Shown: positions 19,748 to 28,832 of the stretch, in pieces | Layout of the letters: each line of letters opens with the position of its first letter | Position numbering within the stretch: the first letter of the stretch is position 1 | From: Clostridia bacterium | GTDB lineage: Bacteria > Bacillota > Clostridia > Oscillospirales > Acutalibacteraceae | NCBI GenBank assembly: GCA_017435865.1 | Contig: JAFSEF010000053.1 | Span: 141,188-205,187, forward strand | Reading direction: 5' to 3' | Length of the DNA: 64,000 bases | Notes under the pieces: generated by a model | The model's database searches: none | What the model was told of the DNA's origin: nothing | Seen by the model: only the letters and a program-made list of their open reading frames with translations | Translations under genes and position numbers: made by a program

Positions 19748-19784
19748 AACGGTGCAGACTTCTGATTCTGAAGTCTGCACCGTT
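19748..19784 (-). promoter_or_regulatory. Terminator-type hairpin in the 5' leader of the methyltransferase gene (candidate attenuator or riboswitch expression platform)
   Basis: Perfect 14-15 bp stem ACGGTGCAGACTTC/GAAGTCTGCACCGT with a 7-nt loop. On the minus strand it is followed by TTTTTAT and then the RBS. Confidence 0.6.
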
Positions 19785-20030
19785 ATAATCATATCGAAAA
19801 TACTATTATAAAATGACCCGAAATGAATATAGTGATACAGACCTGCACATGGTAGGTTGTGCAAGCCAATAAGTATACTGATTCATTTTTGATAAATTAT
19901 GAGTGAGCATAATTTTATCTCCGTTGTGTCTTTTATTCATAAATAGCACAAAAACGAGTGTTTGTCAAGAGTTGTTTTTTGCACAAAAAAATGATAATAT
20001 GATTGCATCAATCATGTCGGAGGGATTCTT

Positions 20031-20888
20031 ATGAGCCGTTTTCTTGAGGATTTTGCAAAGTATATTAAAGAGAATGACGGACGTGTGTTTTCGATTGCAG
20101 AAATTGCGGGAGACAAGGCTCCCGCAAAAGTGGAAATCAAAGAAAACAATGCCTGCCAGAATATATATTCTGTTTCCAAAGTGTACACCGTAACCGCAAT
20201 CGGTATTCTGTGTGACAGAGGTTTGCTTCATACAGATGATACCGTAACAGACATTCTCGGAGATGAATGCCCTGAAGGATATGATCCCTACTGGGATTCC
20301 ACCACCATCGATATGCTCATGCGGCACAGAATCGGTTTTCCGGGTGGATTTGACATAGATGTAAACGATGCTTCAAAATATGATTTTGATTATCTCAAAG
20401 AAATTATGTGCAAGCAATGGGTATGTCCTCCCGATACCAAACGTCGGTATGAAGATGCCGGCTACTATGTTCTTTCAAGAATTGTCAACAAAGTGGCAGG
20501 TAAATCGCTGTTTGCTTTTTGTTGGGAAACGATTTTTCAACCACTCGGTTTTCGCGAAGCTGCGTGGAGTTGCTGTCCGAAGGGGCACGCCATTGGCGGA
20601 ACGGGGCTTTATATACGTGTCGAAGATATGATCAAAATCGGTGCTGTCTATCTTAATAACGGTATGTATCTGGGAAAACGCATTGTGTCTGAAAACTGGG
20701 TACGCAAAGTCCTTGAACGACAGTACGAATTAAGCCCCAACGGTATTCGTGATGCCTACAACAAGGGCGGCATGAACGGTCAGAATCTGCTTGTGATTCC
20801 TTGTGAAAACAGAGTCGTCGGATGGCAGGGGTATGATATTCATCCGGGTGGTCCTGACCTGACCCGTTTTGCTGCAGAATATCACTGA
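20031..20888 (+). CDS. Serine hydrolase, beta-lactamase/transpeptidase-like family
   Basis: SxxK motif SVSKVYT near the N-terminus and YxN-like region. GGAGGG before ATG 20031. Confidence 0.65.
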   Translation: MSRFLEDFAKYIKENDGRVFSIAEIAGDKAPAKVEIKENNACQNIYSVSKVYTVTAIGILCDRGLLHTDDTVTDILGDECPEGYDPYWDSTTIDMLMRHRIGFPGGFDIDVNDASKYDFDYLKEIMCKQWVCPPDTKRRYEDAGYYVLSRIVNKVAGKSLFAFCWETIFQPLGFREAAWSCCPKGHAIGGTGLYIRVEDMIKIGAVYLNNGMYLGKRIVSENWVRKVLERQYELSPNGIRDAYNKGGMNGQNLLVIPCENRVVGWQGYDIHPGGPDLTRFAAEYH

Positions 20889-20905
20889 TTGCTTCCTGTC
20901 GCGGA

Positions 20906-21433
20906 TTATTTTATGCCGTATCGGTTGCAGTAATCAACAACAATTTTCTTGAAATGATCGTGTCTGAAATTATTTCTTACATCACTGATGTCAATGTAGT
21001 ATCCTGCTTTCAGATTCTGAATGATCGCTTCGGCTAAAAATGCTTCAAATACATACTCATCACGGAATGCTTCTTCGATATCGGTGTTGAGTTCCGTGTT
21101 GATTCCTTTGATGGCAGAACGGTAAAGAAGATTCTCTTTCCCCAGATATTCACCTGTACTTTTCAGACATAACAGCCCCTTTTTCAAATCTGCAACCTGC
21201 AGCTTTCCTTTGTATTCTACAGTTTTTTCGGTGCCGCACAAAAGATAGTCAATGGTTGTTTCCAGAATGTTTGCAAGATCCGGCAGAATTGCTGTGTCGG
21301 GCAGTGCTTCACCGCGTTCCCATTTGCTGACTGCCTGAAATGATACCCCGATTCTTTCGCCCAATTCATTTTGTGTTATGCCTTTTGTTTTGCGTAATGC
21401 GGCAATCTGTTCGCCTGTCTTTTTGATATTCAT
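20906..21433 (-). CDS. XRE-family HTH transcriptional regulator with C-terminal domain of unknown function
   Basis: ITQNELGERIGVSFQAVSKWERGEALP helix-turn-helix motif. GGAGGAAA upstream of the ATG. Confidence 0.8.
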   Translation of the reverse strand: MNIKKTGEQIAALRKTKGITQNELGERIGVSFQAVSKWERGEALPDTAILPDLANILETTIDYLLCGTEKTVEYKGKLQVADLKKGLLCLKSTGEYLGKENLLYRSAIKGINTELNTDIEEAFRDEYVFEAFLAEAIIQNLKAGYYIDISDVRNNFRHDHFKKIVVDYCNRYGIK

Positions 21434-21535
21434 GTTGTTTCCTCCTTTTCTGTTGTCATTATTATAACATGAGATTGTTGCGATGAAAATAACCTCTTGA
21501 TTGAATGTTAAGACAGGATTCTCAACTTATAAATG

Positions 21536-21567
21536 CAGCCGTGTGCAGGAAAATCTGCACACGGCTG
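21536..21567 (-). terminator. 13-bp perfect hairpin downstream of the GH38 gene (probable terminator, weak U-tract)
   Basis: CAGCCGTGTGCAG gaaaat CTGCACACGGCTG, located 31 nt after the GH38 stop. Confidence 0.55.
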
Positions 21568-21597
21568 TGTCTGTTTCAGATGTACATTAAGATCCGA

Positions 21598-24500
21598 TTA
21601 TTTTTCAACAAGAACAGTAACAATTTCAAACGGCTTGAAAGGAAGTACAAAAGAGTTTCCGTTGACAGCAATTTCTTCTTTTTTGTCTTCAAGCATATTG
21701 GTAAGCCATACCTTCTTGAACGGAGTATGCAGCGTAACGGTTGCATTGACAGCATTGCGTTCACATTCATACATGCGAAGCACATATGCATTTTCAATGA
21801 GCTCGGCAGGCTTGACAGCTTCGCAGATAACATCGGAAGCATCAATGGTAAGGAATGCATCCGTGTTCTTTGCAGCACCTGCAACAGCAACCGTGGGGAT
21901 GTTCAGTTCATAAGCAGGCTTTACAACGTTGTCGCTGCTGAAATCACTGTTGTGCGGCAGCAGGGAATAAGTCATTTCATGAACACCCCGGTCACCTGTG
22001 ACGTCGGGATGTGTACCGCCGCGATGCAGGGACAGACGAAGATTTGTATCCGTTACGGTGATACCGTATTTGCAATCATTGAGCAATGCAACACCAAAAC
22101 GGCTTTCGGAAACGTCAGTCCACTTATAGTTGCAGACTTCGAATTTTGCATATTCAAGAGAAGTGTTTCTTGTTGTGGGACGATCAACGTGACCGAACTG
22201 AATTTCATTCTTTGCGTTGATGGTGCGAACATCAAGATCAAAACCGACTTTCAACAGGGAGTGCGGAGAGTTCCAATCAACAAGTGTCTGGAAGTCAACT
22301 CTCGGATTGTTTGCATAGACGATCATATCCTGTGTAAGGGTAGACTTGCCGAACTTGAAAACAGAACGCAAACGCATTTCAACAGCACCGTCGGAAACAA
22401 CTTCACGGGAAACAAAACCGTCAACAATCTGCAGTCTTTCAACAACATCGGTTTCAAGATCCCAGTTGTCCCAGCTGTGAGGAACGTCTTCACCGAACAG
22501 CAGACAGTTCAGCGGAGCACCGTCTTTTTTACGCAGTTCTCTGCCGGAAGCTTTGTCAATAAACGAAGCAATGTAACCTTTGTCGTCAAATGTGATGACT
22601 GCATAAGGAGTTTCAAGTTTTGTTCCCTCATAGGCAAAAACAGAAGTATTTGCAGGAGCAGCATCTGTCATTCTGATGGTTTTTGCTGCAAATCCGTCAA
22701 TGGTGCCGGCTGCTACAGCAAGGCATTCTCTGCCGCATACATCTGTATATTTCTGGCTGGGAACGTCAGCAGCAAATCTGGTTTCATTTTCAATAACGGC
22801 AACATCGTTTCTTGCAAAAGAAAGGGTGTTGTAAAGTGTAACAGAAACAGCAGCACTGTCCGTAATCATGTCAGCATAAGCAAGAGCCTGTGTGTTCAGA
22901 TCGGAGATCAGCTCATCCATTTCGGTGTTATAAAGAGTATAAACAGGAGTAATGCAGGTGCCAGGAAGAATATCATGGAACTGATTCTTAAGAAGAATCT
23001 TTGTCCATTTGTCAGCGTTTTCACAGCAGGGCTGATCACTGATGACGTTAAAATATTCCATGTTTCTGACTGCAAATTCACCCTTGCGGTTCTTTCTCTT
23101 GACATCGTGCATCTGGGTGAGGGTGCCTCTGTGCAGTTCAAGGTAAAGTTCTCCGTCATAGGTGGGAAGGTATTCTTTTTCAGCTTCAAGTTCTTTCATG
23201 AAGTTGCTGATGGTCATGTCCTCAATTTCAGGCATACCTTCCATGGAAGAAGATCTTCTTGCAGATTCGATCATGCCGTAGGTCGGTCCGCCGCCACCGT
23301 CACCATAGCCGTAAGCCACAAGACGCATGTCGTTTGCTTCTTTGAGCGTGATCTGATTAACAGCTTCTGTGATCGTGCTCACATCGGGGAAGCAGTGCGT
23401 TCTGTTGAAATGAGTGAGCACTTCGCTGCCGTCGATACCCTTCCATGTAAAGCTCTCGAACGGGAAGTGGTTCATTTCGTTCCAGCCGATTTTGGTGGTG
23501 TAGAAATAAGGTACTTCACAACCACGCATGATCTGCGGGATGTTGCCGTTGTAACCGAATGTATCAGGCAGCCAGAAGGAGTCAGCTGTGTAGCCGAAGT
23601 GCTCACGAGTGAACAACTGGCCTTTGAGGAACTGACGAACCATAAACTCACCGCTGGTCACGTTGCAGTCGCATTCAACATAAACGCCGCCGTTGGGTTC
23701 ATATCTGCCTTCGGCAACATATTTTTTCATATCTTCAAAAATATCGGGATAGTAATCCTTCATCCATTCGCAATGCAGTGCGGAAGACTGAATGAACTTA
23801 TATTCCGGATACTGACGCATCAGGGACATAGCGTTGCAGTAAGTACGTGCACATTTGCGGATGGTTTCAGATACGGGCCAGAGCCATGCAGTGTCCATAT
23901 GGCTGTGACCGATGATGCCGACACGGCCGAACGTACGGCTGTTGCCGCCTTTGTTAAAGAATTCGCGGGTGTATTTCAAAGCTTCGCGGATACCTGCCTG
24001 AATTTCTTCATCAGTATAATGAAGCGGATAGAAGACAACACAGTCTGCTACTTTGTCAAGTACTCGCATAGCTCTTGTTCTTGCAAAATTGTTCTTTGGA
24101 AGTGCTACTCTTGCGGCAAGCAGTTCACGAACGTCAAAAACAAAGTCCTTGATTTCTTCGTTCATGTAGCAAAGCTTAACACCGTTGTAGGTGTGCAGGT
24201 AATCTTTTTCGGGAATATCAGGATAACCGTAATTGTCATAAGGAGAACAATCAACACAGAAATGACCTGCATAGCATTCAAACGAAAGCTGATAGCTGTC
24301 ACCCGGCTGTGCATTGTCGCAAACAAGCAAAGCACTGTGATTGCCGCCGACAAAATCATTCTTTGAATTATAAAGTCCCATCGGTTTGCCGTCGATGAAG
24401 AACAACTGTTCAACACCACCGCAATTGGAAACAGCGAACAGCTTTTTGCCGGCTGCTTCAGCAGGCACTACCGCTTTACCTGTGTACCAACGGTTCTGCC

Positions 24501-24696
24501 ATTCACCGCCCCATTTTTCACCAAGGACAGCAGGTTTCCAACCGTCTGCAGGCGGCTTGCGAAGATGTTCGGCACCGCAATCGGCATAGTTGACATCCTC
24601 AAGTGTTCCACAGGGGACAAAAATCTTCTTTGCATAAATGTTAAGAAGTGCTTCTAATTTTTTATAGACTTTCTCTTTCAGAGGTTCGTTAAACAT
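21598..24696 (-). CDS. Alpha-mannosidase, GH38
   Basis: GHSHMDTAWLWP motif, full-length about 1030 aa architecture, GGAGAC RBS. The 953-aa plus-strand ORF opposite is a shadow. Confidence 0.9.
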   Translation of the reverse strand: MFNEPLKEKVYKKLEALLNIYAKKIFVPCGTLEDVNYADCGAEHLRKPPADGWKPAVLGEKWGGEWQNRWYTGKAVVPAEAAGKKLFAVSNCGGVEQLFFIDGKPMGLYNSKNDFVGGNHSALLVCDNAQPGDSYQLSFECYAGHFCVDCSPYDNYGYPDIPEKDYLHTYNGVKLCYMNEEIKDFVFDVRELLAARVALPKNNFARTRAMRVLDKVADCVVFYPLHYTDEEIQAGIREALKYTREFFNKGGNSRTFGRVGIIGHSHMDTAWLWPVSETIRKCARTYCNAMSLMRQYPEYKFIQSSALHCEWMKDYYPDIFEDMKKYVAEGRYEPNGGVYVECDCNVTSGEFMVRQFLKGQLFTREHFGYTADSFWLPDTFGYNGNIPQIMRGCEVPYFYTTKIGWNEMNHFPFESFTWKGIDGSEVLTHFNRTHCFPDVSTITEAVNQITLKEANDMRLVAYGYGDGGGGPTYGMIESARRSSSMEGMPEIEDMTISNFMKELEAEKEYLPTYDGELYLELHRGTLTQMHDVKRKNRKGEFAVRNMEYFNVISDQPCCENADKWTKILLKNQFHDILPGTCITPVYTLYNTEMDELISDLNTQALAYADMITDSAAVSVTLYNTLSFARNDVAVIENETRFAADVPSQKYTDVCGRECLAVAAGTIDGFAAKTIRMTDAAPANTSVFAYEGTKLETPYAVITFDDKGYIASFIDKASGRELRKKDGAPLNCLLFGEDVPHSWDNWDLETDVVERLQIVDGFVSREVVSDGAVEMRLRSVFKFGKSTLTQDMIVYANNPRVDFQTLVDWNSPHSLLKVGFDLDVRTINAKNEIQFGHVDRPTTRNTSLEYAKFEVCNYKWTDVSESRFGVALLNDCKYGITVTDTNLRLSLHRGGTHPDVTGDRGVHEMTYSLLPHNSDFSSDNVVKPAYELNIPTVAVAGAAKNTDAFLTIDASDVICEAVKPAELIENAYVLRMYECERNAVNATVTLHTPFKKVWLTNMLEDKKEEIAVNGNSFVLPFKPFEIVTVLVEK

Positions 24697-24919
24697 ACGA
24701 GTCTCCTTTCATATTTATTCATTATAAGTATATCAATACAATAAAAAAGATGCAAGTGTCAGCATTGTAGAATTTTGATAAAATTTATGTGCAAGTTTGC
24801 CATATTCTTGTTCTGCAATTTATAACACAAATAATGTTAAAAGAAAAAAATACTTGCATAAACTGCAATAATATGTTTTAATAATATTATCTGTATAAAC
24901 TTTTCGGAGGATGCAAATT

Positions 24920-26368
24920 ATGAATAAAATTTTTCTCAGAAATATCATCATCACAGTTGTGGTTGTTGCATTGGCAATCGGTGGTGTTGTCGGAATGGTC
25001 CGAAAAGGTGATTCTGAAGCATCGTGGTCCAACAAAAGTGTGGTTTCGTTGCAGGTCAACATGGGCGGTGCGGTATCAGAACTCGGTGACACAGCTTCTG
25101 ATCTTGTAGGTGACATTACAGGCGGCGGTTTATCTGTCGAGTCGGTTCTGGGCACAGTCAAAGGATTTGTGTATTCGGATGCAATTGTCAATGTTATTAT
25201 GTCTCTTGCATATCCTCTGCTCAAAGAAGTGCTGACAGATCTGAATATGCTCGAATTTGCTCATACCATAGATTTGTATTACAGCGGTCCTTCACTTGCC
25301 GAACAGCTGGGCGAAAACTCTTATACCTGTATCGACAAAGACGGTACTCGCAAATCTCTGAATGAAGTGCTCAACAGTGTCGGTGATGACTGGACTTATA
25401 TGGACACGGAAGTCACTTATACAAAAGAAGATGGTTCCACTGCTTCTACTTCTCTCTGGAATTCCATTGAATGGGGCGTAACGGACGAAGAAAGCTTCTT
25501 CAGAATCATGGGTGAAATGAGCAAAGGCTTGCGCGGTGTTCTGGAAGTCTGCATTCAGGGTAAAACCCGTGTTGTCAATGTCAATGTCCTTGAAGTTTTG
25601 CTTGATTTTGATGCAATTCCCATTCGTATGGATGCTGCCGATATCTTCAATGAGTCCGAAAAGCCCGGTTATGAGCTTTGTCTTGTTTCTCTTTTCAATA
25701 TGCTCGGTCTGAAAGAAGGCGAATATCCTTCGGTTGAGGAATACTGCGCTTATACCGAAATTTCCGATATGTGGAAGGGAATTCTGCAGCCTGTATTTGC
25801 AGCTGTAGATAAAATTGCAACCAGTGATGATCCCGTCGGTGGGCTTATGAGTTTGCTTGTGAATTTTGCAAATGCAGTTGACAGTGGTATGCTTGTTGAC
25901 GGTATGCGTACGCTTCGTATGGATGCAAAATTCAATCCCCTTGCTGCTTTGGTTATGGGATTCGAAGATGGCCTGCTGTTCAATCTCGGTCAGTCTCTTG
26001 TGGAGATGATCGGTTCAATCGGCATACAGCTTGACGGTGATTTCAACACCTTACTTGACAGTCTTCTGAGAATGATTGTAAAAGCCGAAGATGCTGATCT
26101 TCCCAATATGGATGTTGCAGCTCTGACAGCCTGTGCTACGTCAGAAACACTTTCCAACGGCTATGTTTATTATGTTGCCGATGCACAAAAGGTTATGGAT
26201 TTTATGATCGAATATGTTGTGCAGGAAGCAACCGTTGAATCGGTTCTTAAGCACACTCCGCTTGCGGGAACTGCCACTGCTTCTGAAATTGTGAACGGTG
26301 TCAGTGCAAGCAAAGACGGTGTTGTGCAGATTCTGAAGACCTTGTTCGGCGCGATTCTTTTTGAATGA
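24920..26368 (+). CDS. Hypothetical membrane-anchored protein (single N-terminal TM helix, about 450-aa extracytoplasmic region)
   Basis: GGAGG 9 nt before ATG 24920. N-terminal IIITVVVVALAIGGVVGMV helix. I recognise no family motif. Confidence 0.6.
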   Translation: MNKIFLRNIIITVVVVALAIGGVVGMVRKGDSEASWSNKSVVSLQVNMGGAVSELGDTASDLVGDITGGGLSVESVLGTVKGFVYSDAIVNVIMSLAYPLLKEVLTDLNMLEFAHTIDLYYSGPSLAEQLGENSYTCIDKDGTRKSLNEVLNSVGDDWTYMDTEVTYTKEDGSTASTSLWNSIEWGVTDEESFFRIMGEMSKGLRGVLEVCIQGKTRVVNVNVLEVLLDFDAIPIRMDAADIFNESEKPGYELCLVSLFNMLGLKEGEYPSVEEYCAYTEISDMWKGILQPVFAAVDKIATSDDPVGGLMSLLVNFANAVDSGMLVDGMRTLRMDAKFNPLAALVMGFEDGLLFNLGQSLVEMIGSIGIQLDGDFNTLLDSLLRMIVKAEDADLPNMDVAALTACATSETLSNGYVYYVADAQKVMDFMIEYVVQEATVESVLKHTPLAGTATASEIVNGVSASKDGVVQILKTLFGAILFE

Positions 26369-26389
26369 TAGTATAAATCGGAGGACAGT

Positions 26390-28654
26390 ATGAGAAATAT
26401 TAAAGTTATCAATGATAATTGGTTGTTTTCAAAAACTGCCAAGCAGGTTCCTGCAAGCATACCGACGGATTGGGAAGCAAAGAATCTTCCCTATACCTGG
26501 AATGAAAAAGACGGCCAGGACGGCGGTAATGACTATTACAGAGGCACTTGCTATTTTGCAAAAACTCTCGCAAAATCCGATTTCCCGGAAGGCGAAGTTT
26601 TTTATCTGCAGTTTGACGGTGTCAACTCCTCGAGTGAAGTTTTCTTCAACGGCAAAAGCCTTGTAAAACACGACGGCGGTTATTCCACCTTCCGTGCAAA
26701 AGTCGAAGATATCAAAGATGAAAATCTGTTGGTTGTAAAGGTTGACAACGCTTATACAGACCGTGTGTATCCGCAGATGGCCGACTTCACCTTCTATGGC
26801 GGCATCTATCGTGATGTCAGTATCATTGCTGTCGGTGAAAAACACTTTGACCTTGATTACTACGGTGCACCCGGTATGCAGGTAACGCCCGAAATCAAGG
26901 GTAAGGATGCTGTTGTCAAAGCAAAAGCGTTCTGTGACGGTAAGGTCCGTTTTGATATTATCGACAATGGGGAAGTCATCCTCACTGCATTTGCAGAAGA
27001 TGATGAACATCCCGAAGCTCAACTGAAAATCGAAAATGTGCATCTGTGGCACGGCACGATCGATCCCTATCTCTACACCATGAAAGCAACCTTGCTTGAC
27101 GGTGACAAAGAAGTTGATTGCATTTCCACCCGTTTCGGCTGCCGTTCTTTCAAAGTTGATCCGCAGAAGGGATTTATTCTCAACGGCAAGGAATATCCGC
27201 TTCGCGGTGTATCCCGTCATCAGGACAGACCCGGCATCGGTAACGCACTTCTTCCCGAGCATCACAGGGAAGATATGGAACTTATCAAAGAGGTCGGTGC
27301 AAATACCATCCGCCTTGCACATTATCAGCACTCGCAGGTGTTCTATGACCTTTGCGACGAATACGGTATGGTTATCTGGGCAGAAATTCCCTATATTTCA
27401 AAGCACATGCCCAACGGTTATGACAACACCAAGTCGCAGATGAAAGAGCTTGTTGCACAGAACTACAACCATGCATCCATCTGTTTCTGGGGGCTTTCCA
27501 ATGAAATCTCCATCGGTGGTGCCGCGGATGAAAGCCTTATTAAGAACCATAAAATGCTCAATGACCTTTGCCATGATATGGACAAGACCCGTCTGACCAC
27601 CGTTGCAGTCGTATCCGTCTGCGGTATTGACGAAGAATATGTCCACATTTCCGACATTGTGTCTTATAACCACTATTTCGGTTGGTACGGCGGTACGACC
27701 GAAATGAACGGCCCGTGGTTTGATAATTTCCATGCAAAATACCCCAACCGTCCCATCGGTCTGAGTGAATACGGTTGCGAAGCACTTAACTGGCACACCT
27801 CCAAGCCCATGCAGGGGGACTACACGGAAGAATATCAGGCTTATTATCACGAAGAACTCATCAAACAGATTGCAGACAGACCCTATATCTGGGCAACCCA
27901 TGTCTGGAATATGTTTGACTTTGCTGCAGACGCAAGAAGCGAAGGCGGCGAAGACGGCATGAACCACAAGGGTCTTGTCACTTTCGACAGAAAGTACAAG
28001 AAGGACTCTTTCTACGCCTACAAAGCATGGCTCAATCCCGAACCCATGGTACACATCTGCTCCAAGCGTTACATTGACCGTGTGGAAGATGTTACCAAAG
28101 TCACTGTTTATTCTAACTGTGACGAAGTGGAACTGTTTGCAAACGGCGTAAGTGTCGGCAAGCAGAAAATGGGTAAGAATCCGTTCTTCTATTTCGACGT
28201 GAAGAATGTCGGTGAAACAACGCTGAAGGCTGTTGCAGGTGAGCTTTCCGACGAAAGCACCATCCGCAAGGTTGATAAACCGAACGAGGATTATATTCTC
28301 AAGGAAGAAGGCGATGTCATCAACTGGTTTGACATTACCACTCCTGACGGCTACCTGTCCATCAACGACACCATCGGTGAAATCGCAGCTACCGCAAAGG
28401 GTAAAATGGCTCTCGTTTCCGTTGTTCTGATGCTCGTAAAGAAAATGAAGAACAAAAAGAAAAACGGCGGCAGCGGAGGCGAAGTCGCAGGCTTTGACAT
28501 CAGCGGTGTCAAGATCAGCAAGAGTATGATCAGCGGTCTGTGGCAGATGCTTTCCGGATTTTCCATCAAGCGTGCAAGCTCCATGGCAAAGGGACTCTTC
28601 ACCCGTGAAGATCTGCTTTCCATCAATGCAAAGCTTAATAAAATCAAAAAATAA
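26390..28654 (+). CDS. Glycoside hydrolase family 2 (beta-galactosidase/beta-glucuronidase-like) with a non-catalytic C-terminal tail
   Basis: GH2 sugar-binding region FYGGIYRDV, acid/base WGLSNE, nucleophile LSEYG. About 90 aa of hydrophobic/basic C-terminal extension. Confidence 0.88.
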   Translation: MRNIKVINDNWLFSKTAKQVPASIPTDWEAKNLPYTWNEKDGQDGGNDYYRGTCYFAKTLAKSDFPEGEVFYLQFDGVNSSSEVFFNGKSLVKHDGGYSTFRAKVEDIKDENLLVVKVDNAYTDRVYPQMADFTFYGGIYRDVSIIAVGEKHFDLDYYGAPGMQVTPEIKGKDAVVKAKAFCDGKVRFDIIDNGEVILTAFAEDDEHPEAQLKIENVHLWHGTIDPYLYTMKATLLDGDKEVDCISTRFGCRSFKVDPQKGFILNGKEYPLRGVSRHQDRPGIGNALLPEHHREDMELIKEVGANTIRLAHYQHSQVFYDLCDEYGMVIWAEIPYISKHMPNGYDNTKSQMKELVAQNYNHASICFWGLSNEISIGGAADESLIKNHKMLNDLCHDMDKTRLTTVAVVSVCGIDEEYVHISDIVSYNHYFGWYGGTTEMNGPWFDNFHAKYPNRPIGLSEYGCEALNWHTSKPMQGDYTEEYQAYYHEELIKQIADRPYIWATHVWNMFDFAADARSEGGEDGMNHKGLVTFDRKYKKDSFYAYKAWLNPEPMVHICSKRYIDRVEDVTKVTVYSNCDEVELFANGVSVGKQKMGKNPFFYFDVKNVGETTLKAVAGELSDESTIRKVDKPNEDYILKEEGDVINWFDITTPDGYLSINDTIGEIAATAKGKMALVSVVLMLVKKMKNKKKNGGSGGEVAGFDISGVKISKSMISGLWQMLSGFSIKRASSMAKGLFTREDLLSINAKLNKIKK

Positions 28655-28672
28655 TTGCAATTGAATGCATAT

Positions 28673-28709
28673 TGCTCCTCAATCTGTCGCAGGGTTGAGG
28701 AGCATTTTT
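28673..28709 (+). terminator. Rho-independent terminator after the GH2 gene
   Basis: TGCTCCTCAA / TTGAGGAGCA 10-bp stem followed by TTTTT. Confidence 0.8.
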
Positions 28710-28773
28710 ATTATTTTTGTGACAAATTGTTTCGATTTTGGCATATAATGTAACAAAAATCTTAAATTAGGTC

Positions 28774-28802
28774 TTGCTTTACAGCGTATTTTCATGTAAA
28801 AT
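28774..28802 (+). promoter_or_regulatory. Promoter (TTGCTT-17-TAAAAT with TG extension) for the cysteine synthase-like gene
   Basis: TTGCTT at 28774-28779; TG at 28795-28796; TAAAAT at 28797-28802. Confidence 0.5.
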
Positions 28803-28832
28803 ATCCGTTGAATTTATTAGGAGAATGATTAT

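Noticed and set aside
19724-19864. N-terminal extension of the methyltransferase ORF (track start at 19864).
   Set aside because: The extension reads through a 14-15 bp terminator hairpin and has no RBS. ATG 19723 has GGAGGA upstream and gives a normal methyltransferase N-terminus.
14732-20030. Possible att-type direct repeat of the tRNA-Ala 3' end that would delimit a genomic island.
   Set aside because: Reading the region by eye, I found no second copy of the tRNA 3' segment (…GGTTCGATCCCGCTTATCTCCACCA). The island boundaries therefore remain undefined; a computed repeat search is needed.
21505-24366. 953-aa plus-strand ORF, the longest-but-one ORF in the window.
   Set aside because: It is exactly codon-aligned antisense to the GH38 alpha-mannosidase gene, which has clear family motifs and an RBS. 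Its translation is low-complexity (rich in C, F, V, N and I) with no recognisable domain and no RBS. It is a shadow ORF caused by absence of TTA/CTA/TCA in the sense gene.
24697-24910. Recurrent TGCAA-containing words in the divergent GH38/hypothetical-gene intergenic region, as possible operator sites or an invertible promoter.
   Set aside because: The words are short and irregularly spaced, and they are not arranged as flanking inverted repeats. They are indistinguishable from chance in AT-rich intergenic DNA without a statistical test.
26429-28660. 300-aa and 420-aa minus-strand ORFs.
   Set aside because: They are codon-aligned shadows of the GH2 gene.
28655-28832. Possible S-box, T-box or other riboswitch upstream of the cysteine synthase-like gene.
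   Set aside because: The predicted promoter leaves only about 30 nt of leader, and no conserved riboswitch core or terminator/antiterminator pair is visible.
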